Assembly: GCA_963663895.2 (NCBI GenBank)
Contig: CAXXRD010000002.1
Coordinates: 128,001-192,000 of the forward strand
DNA from: Dehalococcoidia bacterium
GTDB lineage: Bacteria; Chloroflexota; Dehalococcoidia; Bin125
Reading direction: 5' to 3'
Length of the DNA stretch: 64,000 nt
The notes under the pieces are model-generated. The model did not search any database. It saw only the letters and a program-made list of their open reading frames with translations, and was not told the DNA's origin. Numbering within the stretch: the first letter of the stretch is position 1; each line of letters opens with the position of its first letter. The translations under genes were made by a program, and so were the position numbers. Below, in pieces: positions 49,285-57,103 of the stretch.

Positions 49285-50049
49285 GTGCTCACGATTCTGA
49301 CGGCGTTGCCCTGGGAAGCAGGCGCGTTCTCGCGACGATTGCGCCATCCGCGTCGGGTGGAGCTCGGAGACGGGTGGGCGACGTGGGGCGAGTGCACGGG
49401 GGCCTGGGTGCGGGTCGTGGTGTCGGGGCCTGGGACGGAGCGGGCGGCGGCAGCGGGCGCGGCGCTGGCGTCCCTCGATCCGCCAGCGAGCAGGTTGCTG
49501 GCCGTTGGCGTAGCCGGGGGCATGCGCGCCGGCTTGGCACCGGGCACGGTCGTTCTCGCCGAAGCGTTTCAGCGTCAAGGACGAGGCGGGCAACAGGTGG
49601 GGGAGAGACTCCAGCCGGACAAGGATCTAACGGCACTTGGCGTGGATGTGCTCGAGCGCGCTCGCGTATCGTGGACGCGAGGCGAGAACCTGACCGTCGC
49701 CGCGCCCTTGCTGGGGGCCGAGGAGAAACGCGACCGGGGCAGCCGGTCGCAGGCGAGCGTGGTGCAGATGGAGGATTACCTGTGGGCGGAAGCCGCCGAC
49801 GAGCTCGGCCTCCCGTTCGCATCGCTGCGGGCGGTGCTCGACCCCGTGGAAGCAGACCTCCCGTCCGCCGTGGAGAGCTGGGACTGGCGCGGCCCCTCGG
49901 TGAGCGAAGTCGCGCGCAGCCTGCTGCGCCAGCCTAGTCTCGCTCCGGCGCTGCCGCGACTCGCATGGCGCCGGCGCACGGCGCAGCGCGCGATCGACGC
50001 CGTGCTTGAAGCGCTGGTCGAGGCTCCGCGCCAAGGCGCCCGCGCATGA
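49285..50049 (+). CDS. hpnG: Hopanoid-associated nucleoside phosphorylase (HpnG-like)
   Basis: A...EA, SG.G, G.AGG, QME, RAVLD; lies between hpnH and hpnA. Confidence 0.75.
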   Translation: MLTILTALPWEAGAFSRRLRHPRRVELGDGWATWGECTGAWVRVVVSGPGTERAAAAGAALASLDPPASRLLAVGVAGGMRAGLAPGTVVLAEAFQRQGRGGQQVGERLQPDKDLTALGVDVLERARVSWTRGENLTVAAPLLGAEEKRDRGSRSQASVVQMEDYLWAEAADELGLPFASLRAVLDPVEADLPSAVESWDWRGPSVSEVARSLLRQPSLAPALPRLAWRRRTAQRAIDAVLEALVEAPRQGARA

Positions 50050-51047
50050 CCCGCGCGCTCGTAACGGGAGGCAGTGGGTTCATCGGCGCACACGTGGTGC
50101 GAGCGCTGATCAAAGAAGGCGTCGCGGTCCGTGCGCTGGTGCGCGGAGACGGCACACCGACGAACCTGCAGGGCTTGGCGGTGGAGCGGGCGAAGGGCGA
50201 CCTCACCGACGTTGGCTCACTAGAGCGAGCCATGACCGATATCGATGTCTTGTTCCACGTCGCGGCTCTCTACGAACTCGCGGGCGACGGCGCGCGGATA
50301 CGCGCCGTGAACGTGGAGGGGACGCGCGCACTGATGCAGGCGGCACTGCGGTCCGGCATCGAACGGGTGGTGCACACCTCGTCGGTAGCGGCGATCGGGT
50401 ACGCAGCCAGCGACGGCGCGCCCGCGAGGGAGGAGCAGTGGGCGAACGAGCACGAGCTGGCCGGACCTTACGAAGCAAGCAAGTATCACAGCGAGCGGCT
50501 GGTCCACGCCCTGATCGCCGAGGAGGGGCTGCCGGCCGTGGTCGTGAACCCAACGGCGCCGATCGGAACGCTGGACGTGAAGCCGACTCCAACGGGCCGT
50601 CTCATCCGCGACGCGGCCAACGGCGACCTACCGGGCTACCTGCGCGGCGCCGGGCTCAACATCGTGCCCGTAGGGGACGTGGCGGCGGGGCACGTGCTGG
50701 CCTGGCAGCGGGGGCGCGTGGGGGAGCGCTACATCCTGGGACACGCGCAAGGCAATTTGACGTTGCGAGAGGTGATGGCGCGCGCTGCGGCGCTCACCGG
50801 CCGGGGCGCGCCGCGACTGCCGCTGCCGTGGCCGGTGGCGATGGCCTACGCGCAAGTCGACGAGCGCTGGAGCCGCCGACGGGCGCGCGTGCCCCGAGCG
50901 TCGATTGCGGGAGTGCGGCTGGCTCGGCATCGGATGTGGTTCGATCCGTCCAAGGCCATCACGGAACTCGGACTGCCACAGACATCCCTAAGCCAAGCCT
51001 TCGCCGACGCCGTGTCATACTTCCGCGCAGACGCGCGGATCCGCTAG
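50046..51047 (+). CDS. hpnA: Hopanoid-associated NAD-dependent epimerase HpnA
   Basis: TGGSGFIG, FHVAALY, YEASK, VNPTAPIG..DVKPTPTG, GERYILG. Confidence 0.88.
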   Translation: MTRALVTGGSGFIGAHVVRALIKEGVAVRALVRGDGTPTNLQGLAVERAKGDLTDVGSLERAMTDIDVLFHVAALYELAGDGARIRAVNVEGTRALMQAALRSGIERVVHTSSVAAIGYAASDGAPAREEQWANEHELAGPYEASKYHSERLVHALIAEEGLPAVVVNPTAPIGTLDVKPTPTGRLIRDAANGDLPGYLRGAGLNIVPVGDVAAGHVLAWQRGRVGERYILGHAQGNLTLREVMARAAALTGRGAPRLPLPWPVAMAYAQVDERWSRRRARVPRASIAGVRLARHRMWFDPSKAITELGLPQTSLSQAFADAVSYFRADARIR

Positions 51048-51144
51048 GCGCAGATCCGCGTTCGTCGCTTGACGGGTTCCGGGTGATGGCGATAATGACG
51101 CTCAGGACCCAGACGCTATTAGGCCAGCTATCAGTAGGGAAACT

Positions 51145-51615
51145 ATGACCAGCGACACCGCGACCGAGGCGAAGCCGGGCCTGCGCCCGATCGTCGACTA
51201 CCTGATCATGCCGAACGAGAACAGTGTCGAAGGGGCGTACCTCCAAGGGTTGCAATGCAAAGCCTGTCCCACGGTTTTCCTCTATGCGCCGACGCGGCGT
51301 TACTGCGCCGTCTGCAACGGGAAAGATGAGGACCTGTTCAGCAAGGTCCGGCTCAACGACGAGGGCGAGGTCTGGGTGTTCACGGTCGTGCACCAATCCT
51401 GGCCGGGAATCCCCACGCCGTTCGTAGGCGGGATTATTGATGTGGGGGTTGAGGGAGACGCGGAGGCGAAGGTCGCCGTACGGGCTAATATCGTGGGCGT
51501 GGAGGCCGACCCGAAGAACCTACACATGGGAATGAAAGTCCGAGGCAAGGCAGCCGTGGCTCATAAGGACAAGGACGGCAACGATGTCGTCGTGTGGCAA
51601 TTTGAGCCTGCGTAG
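51145..51615 (+). CDS. DUF35 Zn-ribbon/OB-fold protein
   Basis: CKAC...CAVC, G.V..FTVVH, GMKV, FEP. Confidence 0.88.
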   Translation: MTSDTATEAKPGLRPIVDYLIMPNENSVEGAYLQGLQCKACPTVFLYAPTRRYCAVCNGKDEDLFSKVRLNDEGEVWVFTVVHQSWPGIPTPFVGGIIDVGVEGDAEAKVAVRANIVGVEADPKNLHMGMKVRGKAAVAHKDKDGNDVVVWQFEPA

Positions 51616-51678
51616 TACGGTGTAGAATCGAGCGGAAGGAGGCGGCGTCCGGAGCGTCGCTGTGAAGGAGTTCACTGC

Positions 51679-52845
51679 ATGAACAACGAGTCACTGCGGG
51701 ACGTCTACGTCGGCGGCGTGGGCATGATCAAGTTCGGACGCTACCCCGAAGAAAACGTCGCGACGCTGGGCGCCCAAGCGGTGCAGCTCGCGCTGGCCGA
51801 CGGCGGGATGCAGTTGAACGACATCGAGATGATGGCCGCCGGCTGTCTCTACCAAACCAACATGATCGGGCAGAAGATCCTCAAAGAGATAGGGATGACC
51901 GGGATCCCGGTCTACAACGTCGCCAATGCCTGCGCCACAGGCTCCACGGCCTTCCGCGAGGCCTACTTCGCCGTAGGATCCGGGGCGTACGACATCGCCC
52001 TGGCGGTCGGCGTGGAGCAGATGGGCAAGCGCGGCCTCCTGGGCGGCATCACGGGCGACCCCGCCTATTCGCCCGAGGGTGTGATGGGCACCGGCACCAT
52101 GCCGGGCGTATTCGGCATGGCCGGGCTCGAGCATTCCCGCCAGTACGGCACCACGATCGAGCAGTTCGCCCAGGTATCGGTGAAGAACCATGAGCACGCC
52201 ATGGCCAACCCGCTGAGCCAATACCAAGTGCGGGTGAGCCTCGAGGACGTGCTCAACGCCCGCATGGTCGCCTATCCGAACACGCTCTACATGTGCTGTC
52301 CCACCGGCGACGGGGCGGCGGCGGCGGTCGTGATGAGCAAAGAGAAGGCCAAGCAATTTTCCAGGGAGTTGATCAAGGTCGCTGCGTCGGCGTTGACCAC
52401 GGATCCGTACACGGACCGCGTACTGACGTTCCCGGACGTCAACACGATGACCGTGAATGCGGCGCGAGAAGCGTACGAGCAGGCCGGCGTCTCGCCGCTG
52501 GATCTCAACAGCGTGGAGCTGCACGACTGTTTCGCGACGGCCGAAGTGCTGCACTACGAGAATCTGCAACTGGCGCCCAAGGGCGAAGCCGGCCGCTGGG
52601 TGGACGAGAAGCTGACGGACCTCGCAGGGCCACAGGGTGACCCGCGCTGGACCCCGGTCAACACGAGCGGTGGCCTGCTCTCCAAGGGGCACCCGATCGG
52701 CGCGACGGGCGTCGCCAATATCTGCGAGATCACGTGGCAGCTGCGCGGCCAGGCGGGCGACCGTCAGGTACCCGATCACAAGGTAGGCATGGCGCACACG
52801 ATCGGCTTGGGCAGCGCCTGCGCGGTGCACATCTTGACGAAGTAG
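51679..52845 (+). CDS. SCP2-type thiolase family protein
   Basis: NACATG, DGAAA, ELHDCF, GGLLSKGHPIGATG. Confidence 0.92.
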   Translation: MNNESLRDVYVGGVGMIKFGRYPEENVATLGAQAVQLALADGGMQLNDIEMMAAGCLYQTNMIGQKILKEIGMTGIPVYNVANACATGSTAFREAYFAVGSGAYDIALAVGVEQMGKRGLLGGITGDPAYSPEGVMGTGTMPGVFGMAGLEHSRQYGTTIEQFAQVSVKNHEHAMANPLSQYQVRVSLEDVLNARMVAYPNTLYMCCPTGDGAAAAVVMSKEKAKQFSRELIKVAASALTTDPYTDRVLTFPDVNTMTVNAAREAYEQAGVSPLDLNSVELHDCFATAEVLHYENLQLAPKGEAGRWVDEKLTDLAGPQGDPRWTPVNTSGGLLSKGHPIGATGVANICEITWQLRGQAGDRQVPDHKVGMAHTIGLGSACAVHILTK

Positions 52846-52868
52846 CACGACTCCGTTCGGCGACGACA

Positions 52869-52893
52869 TGAGGGCGCCCGCTGGGCGCCCTCA
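52869..52893 (+). terminator. 11-bp hairpin after the thiolase (no U tract)
   Basis: TGAGGGCGCCC-GCT-GGGCGCCCTCA. Confidence 0.55.
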
Positions 52894-52920
52894 CTGATCT
52901 CCACACGGCAGAGGGACGGC

Positions 52921-53586
52921 ATGAAGGCAGTGCTCGTGCTGGCCGGCGAAGTCGCAGGAACAGCGCTTCTGCGCCGGCACTTGGACACTGCCGATCTGGT
53001 GATCGCGGCGGACGGCGGCGCCGCCCGCCTGCAAGCGCTAGGGCGTTTGCCGGACGTGCTCGTGGGCGATCTCGACTCACTGGCGGCGGGCGCCCTCGCC
53101 GCGCTCCAAGCAGCCGACGTCGAGCTGGTGGCGCATCCCAACCCCGAGCAGCAGACCGACGGAATGGTCGGATTGCTGCTGGCGCGCCAGCGGGGCGCCG
53201 ACGAAATCGTGCTAGCGGGCGTCCAAAGCGCCGACCGCCTCGACCATGGCTTCGCGAATCTGCTGTACCTCTCGGCACGGGAGCTGCACGACGTGCGTAT
53301 AACCGTCGTGAGCGACTGGTCGGAAGGCGTGCTGCTGCGCGGGAGCGGGGCGCCGTCCGTGCGGTTCCGGGGCGCGCCGGGCGACTACGTTTCGCTGGTC
53401 CCGATCAGCGATGAGGTGTGCGGGGTCGACACGATCGGGCTGCGCTACCCGCTGCGAGCGGCAGCCTTAGCGCGCGGCGCGAGCAGCGCGCTGTCAAACG
53501 AGCTAGTCGGTGAGGAAGGTGGCTTCGATATCGGCGAGGGCGCCGCGTTCGCGTTTCATCACTTCCGCCAGGGGCAGCTACCCTAG
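52921..53586 (+). CDS. thiN: Thiamine diphosphokinase
   Basis: IAADGGA, GDLDS, TD, RLDH..AN, GLRYPL, LSNE. Confidence 0.92.
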   Translation: MKAVLVLAGEVAGTALLRRHLDTADLVIAADGGAARLQALGRLPDVLVGDLDSLAAGALAALQAADVELVAHPNPEQQTDGMVGLLLARQRGADEIVLAGVQSADRLDHGFANLLYLSARELHDVRITVVSDWSEGVLLRGSGAPSVRFRGAPGDYVSLVPISDEVCGVDTIGLRYPLRAAALARGASSALSNELVGEEGGFDIGEGAAFAFHHFRQGQLP

Positions 53587-53642
53587 GCTAAAATCACTAA
53601 TCGCTGCCAGGCGAGCCAGGGACCATCGACGGAGTCGCGACC

Positions 53643-53942
53643 ATGCCGATCTACGAATTCCGCTGCAGCCAATGCGCCACCGTGTTTGAGGTCACACGCC
53701 CGCGCGAAGAGGCCGGCGACCCGGCCTACTGTCCAGACGACGGCGGGCAAGGCCAGCGCGTCTGGAATTCGTCCGCGATCGCCGCCTTTGGGAACGAGGA
53801 CTTTGACGACGATTTCGATGATCTCGGCGACGACCTCGGCAGTGACTTCGGCGCGGATGATCTTGGCGGCGACGCCGGCCTAGGAAGCGGCTGGGGCGAT
53901 GGCGGACACAGCCACGATCACGGGCATTCGCACGCGCACTGA
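53643..53942 (+). CDS. FmdB-type zinc-ribbon protein with acidic and His-rich tail
   Basis: MPIYEFRCSQC...CP; Asp-rich linker; C-terminal GHSHDHGHSHAH. Confidence 0.85.
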   Translation: MPIYEFRCSQCATVFEVTRPREEAGDPAYCPDDGGQGQRVWNSSAIAAFGNEDFDDDFDDLGDDLGSDFGADDLGGDAGLGSGWGDGGHSHDHGHSHAH

Positions 53943-53999
53943 GACGGGCGGCCGCACCGTCCTCACGATCGGAGGAGCTGTGCGGCCCCGATGCCGTGG

Positions 54000-54431
54000 T
54001 TACTTTTTCGATTCCCAGAAGATGTCGGCGATCTTCTTCACCTCGCCCCGCAGCCTGCCGGCGGCCTCCATGTCGACGTTCTGTTTGTTATAGCCGGCCA
54101 GCTTGAGCGTGTTCCAAACGAGCTCGTGCAGCTCCGGCCACTGCTCCAAATGCGGAGGCTTGAAGTAGTCGCCCCAGAGGATCGTGATCTCGTGCTTCAC
54201 GATCTCCGCGTGCTCTTCCTTGGTGACGATCATGCGCGTGGCGGAGTTTCGCCAGGCCAACGAGCCGTCGTCGGGGCCCAGGCCTTCGAGCTTCTCCACC
54301 ATCTTCTCGACCGTCTCGGCAGCCAACTCGGCCGCGTGCGGGTGGTACAGACCGCAGGGCACGTCGCAGTGGGCGTGGGCAACGCGCGCCGCGCGCGCCC
54401 AACTCACCAGCTCCATCACAGGGTTTGCCAT
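54000..54431 (-). CDS. sodN: Nickel superoxide dismutase precursor
   Basis: AHAHCDVPCGLYHP Ni-hook, KEEHAE.VKH, LWGDYFKP, IFWESK; ATG 54431 behind AAGGAGGT. Confidence 0.96.
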   Translation of the reverse strand: MANPVMELVSWARAARVAHAHCDVPCGLYHPHAAELAAETVEKMVEKLEGLGPDDGSLAWRNSATRMIVTKEEHAEIVKHEITILWGDYFKPPHLEQWPELHELVWNTLKLAGYNKQNVDMEAAGRLRGEVKKIADIFWESKK

Positions 54432-54520
54432 TCCGCTACCTCCTTCATAGAACGAACGCACTGCTGGAACGGGCCACGCCAGCCGCTGCACTGGGCAACC
54501 AGCGGCACGGTCCGAGCCGC

Positions 54521-54982
54521 ATGATAGGAGCCGGGACGGCAGGGCGAAACTCCCAGCACGCGAGCACGGCCGGAGTATCCCGGTGGGCGGTGCTGGCCGT
54601 CCTGCTGGCCTTGCTCGCACTGATCACGCGCCGCTCCACACGTTTCGTCGTCAGGGGGGAGAGTATGCTGCCCGCGCTGCGGCCCGGCGATTACGTCTTG
54701 GCGACGGCTCCGCCCAAGTGGGTTGATGCTCCATGGCGGGGATGGGTCGTCGTCGCGCGCCGGCCGGACCGTCCCGAGCTGGAGCTCATCAAGCGGGTGA
54801 CCGGACCAGCGGCTCCGGGAAACTCCCTGATCGTGCGCGGCGACAACCCGCGTTCGAGCACGGACAGCAGGTCTTTCGGCCCCGTGCCGCGAACCGATCT
54901 GATCGGCGTGGTGTGGTTGCGATACTGGCCACCGACGCGAATCGGCCTGGTTCGCCCCCAAGGCAGGCCGGACCGAAACTGA
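54521..54982 (+). CDS. sodX: Ni-SOD maturation protease (S26 family)
   Basis: V.G.SMLP.L.PGD, LIKRV, GDN...STDSR.FG.V; divergent from sodN. Confidence 0.88.
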   Translation: MIGAGTAGRNSQHASTAGVSRWAVLAVLLALLALITRRSTRFVVRGESMLPALRPGDYVLATAPPKWVDAPWRGWVVVARRPDRPELELIKRVTGPAAPGNSLIVRGDNPRSSTDSRSFGPVPRTDLIGVVWLRYWPPTRIGLVRPQGRPDRN

Positions 54983-54989
54983 AGCCTGA

Positions 54990-55062
54990 CCGCCGACCGG
55001 ACCTTGTCATCGCCGAGTTCGGTATAGGTAGCGCCGCTGAGGGGATGGTCTTCGGACCTCAT
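54990..55062 (-). pseudogene. Probable truncated 5' gene remnant (MRSEDHPLSGATYTELGDDKVR)
   Basis: Protein-like start that loses coherence where it runs into antisense sodX; sits at the island edge. Confidence 0.35.
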
Positions 55063-55116
55063 GGAGGATCCGGCAGTAAGTTTCTGTGCGCTCGGATATT
55101 CCCTCGCGCCGCAACG

Positions 55117-56592
55117 CTACAGGCGCTCCCCCCAGGCGGCCAGACCATTCTCAATGGTCGTTTCGAGCCACTCCCGGAAGGGTGCTTCAATATTCTCCAC
55201 TTTGTCCATCTCCGCACGGAAACGGAACGGGCGACCCGAGACAACTTCATTCTCCCACTGCCTGGCCTCATCCCCTTGACCGCTCATTACCGGGTTCGTC
55301 AGGAACGCCGTCACTGCGTGAAGGTCAGCCGCGCAACCGACAGCGTGAAGCGAAAAGACGAACCTTGTCTCTTCCTCCTTGATGTCAGGAATTCGTAGCT
55401 GCAACGAAATCCACCGATGCGGGCGCGAAAGTTCGGCAAAGTAGTCAAACTGCCGAGCGGCCTCAATGATCTGCCAGCGCCACCAGTCCTCCCTTGTAGG
55501 GTCATCAACAAACACGTGAACGCGAACATCCTCCCCGAGAGACCGCTGTAGTTCAGCTGCAGCTTCTTCGAGACGGACAGTGACGACCTGAACTAAGTCG
55601 TCCATGACGCTGGTAGCACGCTCTTGTACAGCTAGCTTGCGGCGCTTCAAGCGTTCCGCTATCGAGTCCGTAACGGCGACGAGCGTCTCTCCCCGTAGTT
55701 CGTGGATGAACCTCATCGCCTCTTGCAGATCAGCGATCTGAATGTCGGCGAAGAGGTCGACGAGAGGCTTCAGATCACCGCTGTCAGCGACGGCGAGCGC
55801 GTCGAGATAGCGCTCTCGGTGATCCTCATCGCGGATGACCAGGACGAGATGGTCCGCCTTAAGAAAGACGGCGCCCGTGAGCGCGCGGGCGATGCGGCCG
55901 TTGCCGTCCTGGAAAGGATGAATCTGGGCGAAGCGGTGGTGGAGCCAAGCGGCCTCGACCTCGGCGCAAACGCCCATGTGCTCGTGCTCCGTGTGCCACT
56001 CCAGCAGTTGGTCAATCTCGCCCTGGACTTGCTCCGGCGGGCAGTACTCGTGGATCGAGCCGTCGTTACGCAGGGGGTTGTTGGGGTATTGCTTCTACTC
56101 CCCTTTGCGCAGGGGAACCTGCACAAGTTTGCCGAACGGGTTCATGCCCTCGCAGGTCTCCTGGCTGAACGTGAGGCGCTGATGGAGCGACTTGATGTAG
56201 AAAGCTGTGAGAACACGCTCCTCGTGCCCGACGAGGTCCATGACCATCTCAAGGGCTTCGCGCTGGTCCGAGATCAGCGCACGCGCATGAGCGGACAGGA
56301 GACCCCGTGCGTGGAACTGGCCCAGCGCATTCATGCCCGCTTCGAGAATCTGGACGGTGACGCCTCGGTCCACGGTATAGAGGCGTTCGATGATGCCGGT
56401 TTCGATGGCCCAAAGGGTATGGAGCTGGTCCTGAAACGCTTTGACTTTGGCTGGGTCCTTGATGAGGTTACGGTCCTCGACCCACTGGCGGTGGACGGCG
56501 TGGAGATCCGGGCGGCACAAAGCGCCCTGCCAGTCCTCCGGCAAGTCCTCGATCTTCTCCCAGCTATGTGAAATGGGTGCTTGGTCGGACAT
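55117..56592 (-). pseudogene. Fic-domain protein interrupted by one in-frame TAG (56097-56095)
   Basis: Frame continues across the stop: LRKGE*KQYPNNP...HEYCPPEQV...HPFQDGNGRIAR. Confidence 0.88.
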
Positions 56593-56653
56593 TGGCACTT
56601 CGAGAATCAGGTTCCCACCTCGCCTGCGACGGCGCAATCCAGCGGGCTCAGTC

Positions 56654-57103
56654 TCAGCCGTCAGGGGTCCCTGCGGTCTCTGCGAGCCGGATCTGCTGGA
56701 CACGCCGCAGGATCGCGGTCAGCAATCCTGCGTCGAACGCCGCCGCCAGCGCCCCTTCAACGAACCGATCCTGCCGGATGACCGTGGTGAGGAGCTTCGC
56801 GAGCTGTTCCGTGGTGGCCTGCGCGAGCTCTGCGAGATCGTCTCGCAGGCGGACGGCTTCGGCAGTGCCCATCCACGAGCCCCAGTCGAAGTCTGAGAGC
56901 ACCCATCCGTTCTCATAGGCGGTCTCGACGAACCGTGTGGCGGGCTCGGACAAGGAGGACCAGGGCATGGTGAAGGTCCCCGGCTCGACCTCTTCACTTC
57001 TCTCCATGGTTGCGAACACAAAGCCCGGAGCCTCAAAGACGGGGAGGAAGGGCGCGAGGGCGTCGAGGCGCGGCGGGACGGGCTGGTCTTCCCATGCGGT
57101 CAA
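56654..57103 (-). CDS. DUF6508-like protein
   Basis: Y.NGWV..DFDW.SW, LLT...R.DRF.EG.L..AF..G.L.AIL.R; start overlaps the upstream stop. Confidence 0.7.
   Translation of the reverse strand: MTAWEDQPVPPRLDALAPFLPVFEAPGFVFATMERSEEVEPGTFTMPWSSLSEPATRFVETAYENGWVLSDFDWGSWMGTAEAVRLRDDLAELAQATTEQLAKLLTTVIRQDRFVEGALAAAFDAGLLTAILRRVQQIRLAETAGTPDG

Noticed and set aside
53800-53880. GACGAC/GATCTCGGC-type short repeats
   Set aside because: They simply encode the Asp/Gly-rich linker of the FmdB-type protein.
56095-56097. TAG recoding (pyrrolysine or alternative genetic code)
   Set aside because: Many intact genes here end in TAG (truB, shc, sufC, thiolase), and no pyl genes are visible.
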